Shown in pieces: positions 25,339 through 32,000 of a stretch of 32,000 bases of DNA. The position numbers and the translations under genes were made by a program. Within the stretch, counting starts at the first letter, position 1, and every line of letters starts with the position of its first letter. The DNA comes from Xylanibacter ruminicola 23. GTDB taxonomy: Bacteria > Bacteroidota > Bacteroidia > Bacteroidales > Bacteroidaceae. Under the pieces are notes generated by a model. That model was not told the DNA's origin, made no database searches, and saw only the letters and a program-made list of their open reading frames with translations. The DNA is taken from assembly GCF_000025925.1 (NCBI RefSeq), contig NC_014033.1:1680001-1712000 (forward strand). The letters run 5' to 3'.

Positions 25339-26061
25339 TTATTTCAGCCATGTATCTTTATCTACTTTCAAATAGCCTTTGAACAACTCTAGATCATCTT
25401 TCGTTGTCAGTTTTATATTCTTGTCAGAACCTGCGGCAAAATGAAGCGTCTCACCGAGTTCAACCATCATTGTATTAGTATAAGCAGAGCCATAAATGCC
25501 GATCTCTTTTTCAAATGCCTCATGATAGGCAGAATCTAACCTTCCAAACCTATAAGCCTGAGGCGTAGAAACACGACGTAATATCTCTCGTGGAATATAT
25601 TCCTTCGTTGTTTCTTTATCCTCAGGATTCACAATAAATATTTGTTCATTATAAGGTAATGAAGTAACTGCATTACCATATTGCTTGGCTTTTTGAATAA
25701 CATCCGTCAGAACGCTAGCATCCACCAAAGGACGTATACCGTCATGAATTATGATAATATCATTATCACTGACCTTGTCTTCTAAGTTATATACGCCATT
25801 TCGAATACTTTCCTGGCCAGTATTGCCACCCGAAACGACCCACTTCAGTTTTGAAATATTAAACTGGTGTGCGTATGCCCAAAGAACTCCATGCCATCCG
25901 TCAAGGCAAACGACTTCAATTGCATCCACCATTGGATGACGCTGAAACCCCTCTAAGGTATAGATGAGTACAGGTTTATCATACACATTGATAAACTGTT
26001 TGGGAATATCCTGCCCCATACGATTGCCAGAACCTCCAGCAATAATTATTGCAATATTCAT
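25339..26061 (-). CDS. tarI: IspD/TarI-type cytidylyltransferase (likely D-ribitol-5-phosphate cytidylyltransferase)
   Basis: IIIAGGSGNRMGQDIPKQF, HDGIRP, TPQAYRF, NIKLTTKDDL. Start at ATG 26061 (MNIAIIIAGG). Its position next to licD inside a glycan locus argues against the MEP-pathway ispD. Confidence 0.7.
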   Translation of the reverse strand: MNIAIIIAGGSGNRMGQDIPKQFINVYDKPVLIYTLEGFQRHPMVDAIEVVCLDGWHGVLWAYAHQFNISKLKWVVSGGNTGQESIRNGVYNLEDKVSDNDIIIIHDGIRPLVDASVLTDVIQKAKQYGNAVTSLPYNEQIFIVNPEDKETTKEYIPREILRRVSTPQAYRFGRLDSAYHEAFEKEIGIYGSAYTNTMMVELGETLHFAAGSDKNIKLTTKDDLELFKGYLKVDKDTWLK

Positions 26062-26086
26062 AGTTTTAATCGATTTATTACGGTCA

Positions 26087-26884
26087 TCATTTTTGGATAT
26101 CATCTTTCCACCAAGCATCAAAAGTATGGTGTGTAACCCGATGCTCTACTGGCGGCAGCTGCATATAATCACCATAAATACTACTGAGGTATGCATCATA
26201 ACCCACAGGAACCCGATATTGGCGGCCCTCAAATACCATATAAACTTCACTATCGAACACATGTTTGTCGACTTGTTCTCCTACTCCTAAGGGGTTAGCT
26301 ATTAGTCCTGCTGAGGGCATACTTCCAAAAGCATACTTACGAGCTTCATTGTCCATCCAACGTGCAATTTGATGAGCAGTAAATGGTAGCAGCAATAATT
26401 TACCAAAAGTATTAACAATTATTTTGGATAGCGTTCTTTTATAATAATTTGGCCTCTTTGTATTAAGTACTTTATGAAGAAACATAATTTTTTTAATCTG
26501 GGCAGAATCCTTAACGCCATCTATGGGCAAGATATCAATATATACGCCAAAATGTACACCTTTGTAATGGAGTTCTTTTAACATGGTTCGATCATCATAC
26601 ACCTTAGCAAAAGCGTAATTATAATCAGGATGGGTAGATAAGCTCTTCACCCTATATTCACTATCCGGCTGATTGAATGTCATGCAAAATCGGTCGTAAT
26701 CTGGTCGAGGCATGGCTATGTCAATATCATCATCCCATGGTATGTAACCCTTATGACGAATCGCACCCAAAAGCGTTCCACCGCACAGAAAATATCTTAT
26801 ACCATTATCTTCACAAAAGTCTGCAGTCTTTTGTAGCAAATCCAACTGAATGGATCTCAGTTCATCAGAAGTTATTTTTCTCAT
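26087..26884 (-). CDS. licD: LicD-family phosphotransferase
   Basis: YFLCGGTLLGAIRHKGYIPWDDDIDIAMPRPDY (LicD nucleotidyltransferase-fold DxD motif). Start at ATG 26884 (MRKITSDELRSIQLDLL). Confidence 0.85.
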   Translation of the reverse strand: MRKITSDELRSIQLDLLQKTADFCEDNGIRYFLCGGTLLGAIRHKGYIPWDDDIDIAMPRPDYDRFCMTFNQPDSEYRVKSLSTHPDYNYAFAKVYDDRTMLKELHYKGVHFGVYIDILPIDGVKDSAQIKKIMFLHKVLNTKRPNYYKRTLSKIIVNTFGKLLLLPFTAHQIARWMDNEARKYAFGSMPSAGLIANPLGVGEQVDKHVFDSEVYMVFEGRQYRVPVGYDAYLSSIYGDYMQLPPVEHRVTHHTFDAWWKDDIQK

Positions 26885-26899
26885 ATTAATTCTTTTCTG

Positions 26900-26930
26900 C
26901 AAATATACAAATAAAAAAACAAAATACAAA
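26900..26930 (-). promoter_or_regulatory. internal promoter ahead of licD (-33 TTTG, 19-nt spacer, -7 TATATTTG)
   Basis: Minus strand TTTG (26930-26927), then 19 nt, then TATATTTG (26907-26900). This is 15 nt upstream of ATG 26884, in the 53-nt gap after the upstream GT gene. Confidence 0.4.
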
Positions 26931-26937
26931 GAATATT

Positions 26938-28080
26938 TTAAAAAACTGCATCCAAAACACGTTGCATCTGATTTTCCCATTTTAAGTGTTCAACTGTTTT
27001 GCGTATATATTCTGGTTTCATCGTGAATTTATTTACAAAATCAATAATTTTTTGGATATCAATCGGCGATTCGTCAGCTGGAGCCTTCAATACATATGAT
27101 TGATGATCAAAGTCACTGTCTTGTTCACTATAGATAAAAGGAATTCCACGTGTAGCATATTCACGATTCTTTAAGGTCTTTATAACAGTGATGCCACTAC
27201 GATGACGTGCAAGTGAACCTATTGCGAAACAAGACACATTAAAGACTTTATCCAATTCTTCACCAAATAGCTGACCATGAAAAATAATATAATCCTGTAT
27301 CTTATACTTATCAATAATTACTTGCAATCCTGGGTGGAAATGATTATCCTTATACCTTTGATGTGGATGGACACCTCCGACTATATGAAAAAAAACCTGA
27401 CGAGGATTCTGTGTATTTTTGTAATACTCACCGATTCCCGCTATCAGACGATCATATCCATGCCAAATATGAACTTCAGCAACACCAATCAAATGGATGG
27501 AGCCGTCAGTAGGAAACTGATAATTATGCAAAGGGATGCTATCAAAATCCACACCGTTGCTTATATTTATTGTACGTTGACCAAAGATCTCTGTCGCATC
27601 AGAGAAAGTAACCATAGCGTCCATATAACGATAAAGACTACAGCGGAAAAATTTATCAAGGATTAAACGTAACGGCTGTTTCCATATATGGGGACTAAAC
27701 TCTGAATCATAAGGATATGTCGGGATCTCTGTTACAGCACGAATACCAGCACCTTTGACCTTCTTGAATAGACTGACAAGCCAGGGGCTAGCATTCATAA
27801 AACTCCGAGCATAGATAAACTCTATATTCTCATGAATACAATAGTTATATATACATTCATAGTTTATACGCTGACGAAGAGCTGCCAAACGTCCCACACC
27901 ATAGTCCTTCAGTATAGTGCCATCTATATATCTGCACCTATGCCCATTTTCCGCAAAACCATAGTAGCAGAGTCTGACATCATGCCCATTTTCACGCAAG
28001 CCTTTAACTTGATAGTGGATTTTTTTAGAGATTCCACTATGCTCAGAGAAGCCATGATAGACTAAGAATAGTATCCGCAT
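26938..28080 (-). CDS. putative glycosyltransferase (GT-B fold, GT1/GT4-like)
   Basis: MRILFLVYHGFSEHSGISKKI N-terminus and overall two-domain length (380 aa). The motifs are weaker than in the neighbouring GT4 genes. Confidence 0.5.
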   Translation of the reverse strand: MRILFLVYHGFSEHSGISKKIHYQVKGLRENGHDVRLCYYGFAENGHRCRYIDGTILKDYGVGRLAALRQRINYECIYNYCIHENIEFIYARSFMNASPWLVSLFKKVKGAGIRAVTEIPTYPYDSEFSPHIWKQPLRLILDKFFRCSLYRYMDAMVTFSDATEIFGQRTINISNGVDFDSIPLHNYQFPTDGSIHLIGVAEVHIWHGYDRLIAGIGEYYKNTQNPRQVFFHIVGGVHPHQRYKDNHFHPGLQVIIDKYKIQDYIIFHGQLFGEELDKVFNVSCFAIGSLARHRSGITVIKTLKNREYATRGIPFIYSEQDSDFDHQSYVLKAPADESPIDIQKIIDFVNKFTMKPEYIRKTVEHLKWENQMQRVLDAVF

Positions 28081-28082
28081 AT

Positions 28083-29114
28083 TTATATTACTTTTTTCAT
28101 TTTTCCCAACAATCTAACAAAAAACAAGGATAAAGAAGAAGGTATACGACTTAATCCCCATAAGAACATATTCTGTAAACGTTTGTGGCGGAATAGAAGA
28201 ATCTGCCAGAAATTCACAGGAAACCAGAGAATTTTCTGCATCTCATGATTTGAAATTACAGGAACAATTCGCTGATAATACTTCAAAATATAACAAACCA
28301 AATAGAAGCTATTCATCTCAAGATTATAACAATAATATGGAAGGAAAGGTCTCCCAACAAACATTGCAATTTTACCCTTAAGATAATCTAATACTGAAAC
28401 ATTCTCAATGATTTCTGTTTTTTTCAGCATATCTCTATTTTGATAATGAGAGAGAGAGCCCGTACGACATAAATAATGATACGTAATCTTAGACAGAAGA
28501 ACTGCCTTACTAACCCGAGGAACCATTTCGTATGTAAATGCCAGATCTTCCCAAAAAGCAGAATTCAAAAAACGCAAATTGCTTTTACGAAGGAAATCAA
28601 GTCTCATCAAGCAATTACATACTGAAATTTGGAAAGAACTATAATTACGGAATGCATAGAGAGCCATTTCATCATCAGACAGGAAACATACGTCTGGCAA
28701 TATATATGATTGAGATGGAGATCCCTTAACATAATCAATCATATCTAAAGAGCCATATACTACATCTGCCCGATTCGTTGTTGCCTTTTCAAACAAGCAA
28801 CAGATAGTGTCAGGCTCTATTAAATCATCAGAATCAAGAAAATAGAGATATTGACCTTGAGCTTCATCCAAGATTCTATTCCGAGTCATACCAACTCCCA
28901 TATTACCTTTATTATAAAGAATACGAATATTCCTTCCTCGTGGATGCTCTCTTTGAAAACGCTCAACGATTTCAATCGAGCCATCATTACCACAATCATC
29001 CACAACTAGATATTCGATGCTTTCAAATGTCTGATTGAGGGCTGAAGCTATTGTATTCTCAATGAAGTCAATAGCTTTATAAACAGGTATTCCTATGGTA
29101 ACATCATAATTCAT
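28083..29114 (-). CDS. glycosyltransferase family 2
   Basis: VTIGIPVYKAIDFIENTIASALNQTFESIEYLVVDDCGNDGS ... YFLDSDD. Confidence 0.88.
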   Translation of the reverse strand: MNYDVTIGIPVYKAIDFIENTIASALNQTFESIEYLVVDDCGNDGSIEIVERFQREHPRGRNIRILYNKGNMGVGMTRNRILDEAQGQYLYFLDSDDLIEPDTICCLFEKATTNRADVVYGSLDMIDYVKGSPSQSYILPDVCFLSDDEMALYAFRNYSSFQISVCNCLMRLDFLRKSNLRFLNSAFWEDLAFTYEMVPRVSKAVLLSKITYHYLCRTGSLSHYQNRDMLKKTEIIENVSVLDYLKGKIAMFVGRPFLPYYCYNLEMNSFYLVCYILKYYQRIVPVISNHEMQKILWFPVNFWQILLFRHKRLQNMFLWGLSRIPSSLSLFFVRLLGKMKKVI

Positions 29115-29115
29115 C

Positions 29116-30264
29116 TTATAGAGCTTCGAATAATAGTTTCCACTGCTCAGCTATCTGTTCAATTTTGAAGCGCTGTACATTTTCAACCGCATTATTTGCC
29201 ATTTTCTGACGTTCTTCTGGATGTTGTATCATCCAAATTATTGCTTCTGCCAGTTTTTCTACATTACCATTCTCTACTAATAATCCATCAATATGATTCT
29301 GAATAATATCCTTAGGTCCACATGGACAATCAAATGAGATGACAGGTAAGCCATTGGCCATAGCCTCAACAAGAACCATGCCAAATCCTTCAAAACGAGA
29401 ACTCATTACAAGAAATGAGCTCGACATATACTCTTCTTGTATCCGATCTGTAGGTCCCAATAGTTTACAACGAGTCCTATCTATGTTTAACTCATCAATT
29501 AAAGAATCATATGGCGAGCGGTCTCCCTCTCCTACAATAGTCAGTATCCAATCGGAAGTGGATTTTTCAACAAGTGCCCACGACCTCAAAAGAAGATCGA
29601 ATCCCTTTTGATAGACGTATCTGCCAACGGCAATTACACGCTTTTCAGTGGAAGTGCTATAGGTAGAGGATGAAAAAGTCAGAGGATCGGGAATGACTAC
29701 TACATTATTCAATTCTGGCCAATTACGATGATCTTCTTCTGTTAAAACAACAAATCTATCAAGTTGTTTCAAATTAGAAACTAAATTATTCATCCATAAT
29801 TTTGAGAAAAGATTCTTAAGTACATTTGTTTCACCCGGTTCAAAATTCCTATAATTAGACCGATTAACATGTAATTCACCGATTTTTTTACTACCATCTA
29901 TTATTGATGTTAGAAAGTTAATTTCACGTCTAAGCAAACTGATAGTAATATCAGGGTGAATACGCAACAATTCTTGCTTAAGCAGTTTTTTATATAAGCG
30001 TTGCTTTTTTAGATAAACGAATATTTTCTTAAAAAAAGAGCAAGTCCATAGTTCTTCAAAACCAATATCCAAATTGACTACCTTTACCTTATCAGAAAGT
30101 GGATAGAATAGCGGTTTATCTTTTCCTTCAGTTAAGATAATAGTAATATCATAACCATAATGATCTGCAAAATAATTGGCTTTTAATGTCAAAACACGTT
30201 CAACACCGCCTGCCATATATAACGCAGGTGTACAATAAACTATTTTATATTGTTTGAAAGACAT
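29116..30264 (-). CDS. glycosyltransferase family 4 (GT-B)
   Basis: IVYCTPALYMAGGVERV N-terminus. C-terminal SSRFEGFGMVLVEAMANGLPVISFDCPCGPKDII. Confidence 0.88.
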   Translation of the reverse strand: MSFKQYKIVYCTPALYMAGGVERVLTLKANYFADHYGYDITIILTEGKDKPLFYPLSDKVKVVNLDIGFEELWTCSFFKKIFVYLKKQRLYKKLLKQELLRIHPDITISLLRREINFLTSIIDGSKKIGELHVNRSNYRNFEPGETNVLKNLFSKLWMNNLVSNLKQLDRFVVLTEEDHRNWPELNNVVVIPDPLTFSSSTYSTSTEKRVIAVGRYVYQKGFDLLLRSWALVEKSTSDWILTIVGEGDRSPYDSLIDELNIDRTRCKLLGPTDRIQEEYMSSSFLVMSSRFEGFGMVLVEAMANGLPVISFDCPCGPKDIIQNHIDGLLVENGNVEKLAEAIIWMIQHPEERQKMANNAVENVQRFKIEQIAEQWKLLFEAL

Positions 30265-30284
30265 ATGCTAAATTATTTCTTTGG

Positions 30285-30316
30285 CAAAAATACAAAAAAA
30301 AAACGAAAATTGCAAA
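30285..30316 (-). promoter_or_regulatory. promoter of the six-gene minus-strand glycan operon with a T10 run in the spacer
   Basis: Minus strand: TTTG (30316-30313), 20-nt spacer containing T10 (30303-30294), TATTTTTG (30292-30285). 20 nt upstream of ATG 30264. Confidence 0.5.
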
Positions 30317-30681
30317 TAATTCAGTAGTTTTTGCTTTCTTTGTGGCAAAAATATTCTACAATGATTAAAATTAGTACCAAACACTAATAACACCGGCATT
30401 AGAAATGCGTCAACAATTGGAAAGTTTTTTTCTAAACAGGATTTGGATAATTACCTAACAGTAATTGTTGAACTACTTAAATATCAGAAATCTCCAATTA
30501 TTAAGAATTTCACAAGACACACATTAAGCAAGTTTTTTATACTTGACATATTCCACCCTAATAGACTATTTTTCTGTATATGAGAAAACTCCAAAATCTG
30601 GTTACCTTAAAGTTATCGGATTAAAATAAACTCTCATCTTTTGACTTAAATGAACATATTTAATAGAAATATTGCATAAAA

Positions 30682-30713
30682 TTTGGAATAATCCAAAAAT
30701 ATTTGTACTTTTG
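30682..30713 (+). promoter_or_regulatory. promoter (-33 TTTG, 20-nt spacer, -7 TACTTTTG) of the downstream plus-strand glycan genes
   Basis: AAAATTTGGA at 30678-30687 (the same 10-mer as at 22552) and TACTTTTG at 30706-30713, 29 nt upstream of ATG 30743. Confidence 0.5.
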
Positions 30714-30742
30714 TCAACGATAATTTGGCTGATTATACATGT

Positions 30743-31936
30743 ATGAAGAGTATTTGTTTTATAACAGATAGTATTTTTAAGTCGGGCGGCATGCAGAGAG
30801 TGACTGCCGTAATTGCCGAGGAGCTATCAAAACAATATGATGTGACCATCGTAAGTTTTGAAGAACCGGAGCAAGAAGACTTATCGATGTATGGGTTGAA
30901 AGACTATCCCGTGAAGATTGTGTTTACCCATTTTCGTAAAACCGAAAAATGGAAAAGCATGTTATACAACGCATACAGCTATCTGTATAAAAACGCTCTG
31001 CCAAAAACAGCCATCACCTCCGATTTATATGCGCACAGCTCTTTTCCCAGAGAGATGCGAGAAGCTGTTGTAAAAATACTAAAAGAAGGCGATTTCGACA
31101 CGATTATTGCAGTAAACTCATATCTCTCCATGCGACTGGCAACCATCAAAAGAGACTTGGGCGATGTAAAAGCTATCGGCTGGATTTACAACTCGTTCAA
31201 TGCTTTCCTGAGAGAGGGTTCACCTTACTTAGGCACTGAGCTAAAATACCACTACGGTAGACAGTTGCAGAAATTGGATGAGACAGTACTGCTGTACCTG
31301 CAGGATTCGGAGATGTACTATCATGCCTACGGATTCTCACCTTTTGTGATTCCAAATCCACTGACACTCAAACCAGGCGCTCCATCAACAGGAAAGAATA
31401 AACGATTCTTAGCAGTAGGAAGATTAACCCCAAAACATAAGGGATTCGACCTGCTGATAAAAGCCTTCGACAAGTTTGCTCAGCGCAATTCCGACTGGTA
31501 TCTGGATATTGTAGGAGATGGACCAGAGAAAGAGGCACTGAACAAGATGATTGAGAATCGCTATCTGACGAAAAGAATAAAGATACATCCCTTTACCGAG
31601 AACATCCAGATGTTCTATTCGCAGGCCAGCATCTATGTATCAAGTTCGAGATGGAAAGACTTCGGACTGGTATTGGTACAGGCAATGGCACACGGACTGC
31701 CAGTGATTTCGTCGGACCTACCATCGAGTAAAGAGATACTGGGCGATTTCGGCATGTACTTTAAGAATGGTGATGTGGACGATCTTGCCAAACGACTGGA
31801 GGAAGCCACTTACATGGATTGGCAGTTAAAATCGAACGAGGCAATTATGATATCGCAACGTTTCAATGCGAACGTGATTGCTGAGCAATGGAAGACGCTG
31901 ATAGAAAGTGATGGACAACGAAACCGTAAGAGCTAA
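30743..31936 (+). CDS. glycosyltransferase family 4 (GT-B)
   Basis: MKSICFITDSIFKSGGMQRV N-terminus. C-terminal SSRWKDFGLVLVQAMAHGLPVISSD. ATG 30743 is preferred over the TTG at 30725. Confidence 0.85.
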   Translation: MKSICFITDSIFKSGGMQRVTAVIAEELSKQYDVTIVSFEEPEQEDLSMYGLKDYPVKIVFTHFRKTEKWKSMLYNAYSYLYKNALPKTAITSDLYAHSSFPREMREAVVKILKEGDFDTIIAVNSYLSMRLATIKRDLGDVKAIGWIYNSFNAFLREGSPYLGTELKYHYGRQLQKLDETVLLYLQDSEMYYHAYGFSPFVIPNPLTLKPGAPSTGKNKRFLAVGRLTPKHKGFDLLIKAFDKFAQRNSDWYLDIVGDGPEKEALNKMIENRYLTKRIKIHPFTENIQMFYSQASIYVSSSRWKDFGLVLVQAMAHGLPVISSDLPSSKEILGDFGMYFKNGDVDDLAKRLEEATYMDWQLKSNEAIMISQRFNANVIAEQWKTLIESDGQRNRKS

Positions 31937-32000
31937 TTTAAAAAATAGTCCCAAGCTTAAAAAGCTGATTGATTGGGTGATTATGAACCAGGTGCAGACA
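31911..32000 (+). CDS. possible 5' end of a hexapeptide-repeat acetyltransferase (runs off the window)
   Basis: ATG 31911 opens MDNETVRANLKNSPKLKKLIDWVIMNQVQT..., which stays open to the window edge. It resembles the N-terminus (..NP.LKK.I.W...P.N...) of WcaF-like acetyltransferases in glycan loci. It overlaps the GT4 3' end by 26 nt. Only 30 codons are visible. Confidence 0.35.
   Translation, partial: MDNETVRANLKNSPKLKKLIDWVIMNQVQT

Noticed and set aside
25339-26061. Calling this gene the essential MEP-pathway ispD.
   Set aside because: It sits between licD and an SDR inside an AT-rich glycan operon, which fits TarI/Bcs1-type CDP-polyol synthesis better. This cannot be fully excluded without seeing the rest of the genome.
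26087-26884. LicD as a phosphocholine transferase (phosphocholine decoration).
   Set aside because: No licA (choline kinase), licB (transporter) or licC-type cytidylyltransferase lies in the window. The adjacent activating enzyme is IspD/TarI-type instead.
30365-30580. 72-codon open frame in the long divergent spacer (..NASTIGKFFSKQDLDNYLTVIVELLKYQKSPIIKNFTRHTLSKFFILD..).
   Set aside because: It has no ATG or GTG (only an internal TTG leaving 46 codons), no recognisable motif, and AT-rich sequence easily stays open by chance. It could be a gene remnant, but I cannot support that.
1-32000. Scan for CRISPR arrays, tRNA/rRNA genes, IS elements, integrases, toxin-antitoxin pairs or defence systems.
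   Set aside because: I saw no repeat-spacer periodicity, no cloverleaf-like or rRNA-like segments in the short intergenic regions, and no transposase, integrase or nuclease/ATPase defence signatures among the ORFs.

Overview
The window looks like a Bacteroidota chromosome, Prevotella/Bacteroides-like. Support for this: -33 TTTG / -7 TAnnTTTG promoter boxes in front of many genes, a T9SS C-terminal sorting domain, a type III glutamine synthetase, and an aguA-aguB pair. Nt 1-19300 is ordinary core genome at roughly 50% GC. It holds a UbiA-family prenyltransferase (5' partial), nth, and a minus-strand envelope block (CTD-only T9SS protein, L,D-transpeptidase, ECF sigma, anti-sigma-like protein, Spy/CpxP-like protein). 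It also holds rnz, a lipoprotein, mazG, valS, a tightly packed aguA-aguB-glnA(type III)-dsbD string, and a translationally coupled FetA-like/FetB-like/nucleotidyltransferase-fold operon. From about 19.4 kb to the window end the sequence is visibly more AT-rich and is a surface-glycan locus. It contains two divergent acyltransferase-3 genes, seven or more glycosyltransferases (GT2, GT4, GT32-like), and a LicD / TarI-like cytidylyltransferase / SDR module that predicts a polyol-phosphate (ribitol-phosphate-like) substituent. No wzx, wzy or initiating transferase lies inside the window. The most unusual part is 22.6-25.3 kb, where two opposing glycan operons converge. Every gene there is damaged: a 42-codon GT2 stub, a GT2 broken at an A7 and an A8 run, a further A8 run that fuses it to a 3'-truncated GT32-like gene, and an SDR gene broken at a C7 run and again near its 3' end. 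The promoters of the two minus-strand glycan operons each carry a T10/T11 run inside the -33/-7 spacer. I cannot tell whether these homopolymer lesions are real (phase variation or decay) or assembly errors. No tRNA, rRNA, CRISPR array, transposase or recognisable defence system was seen. I did not find a convincing wholly novel system.
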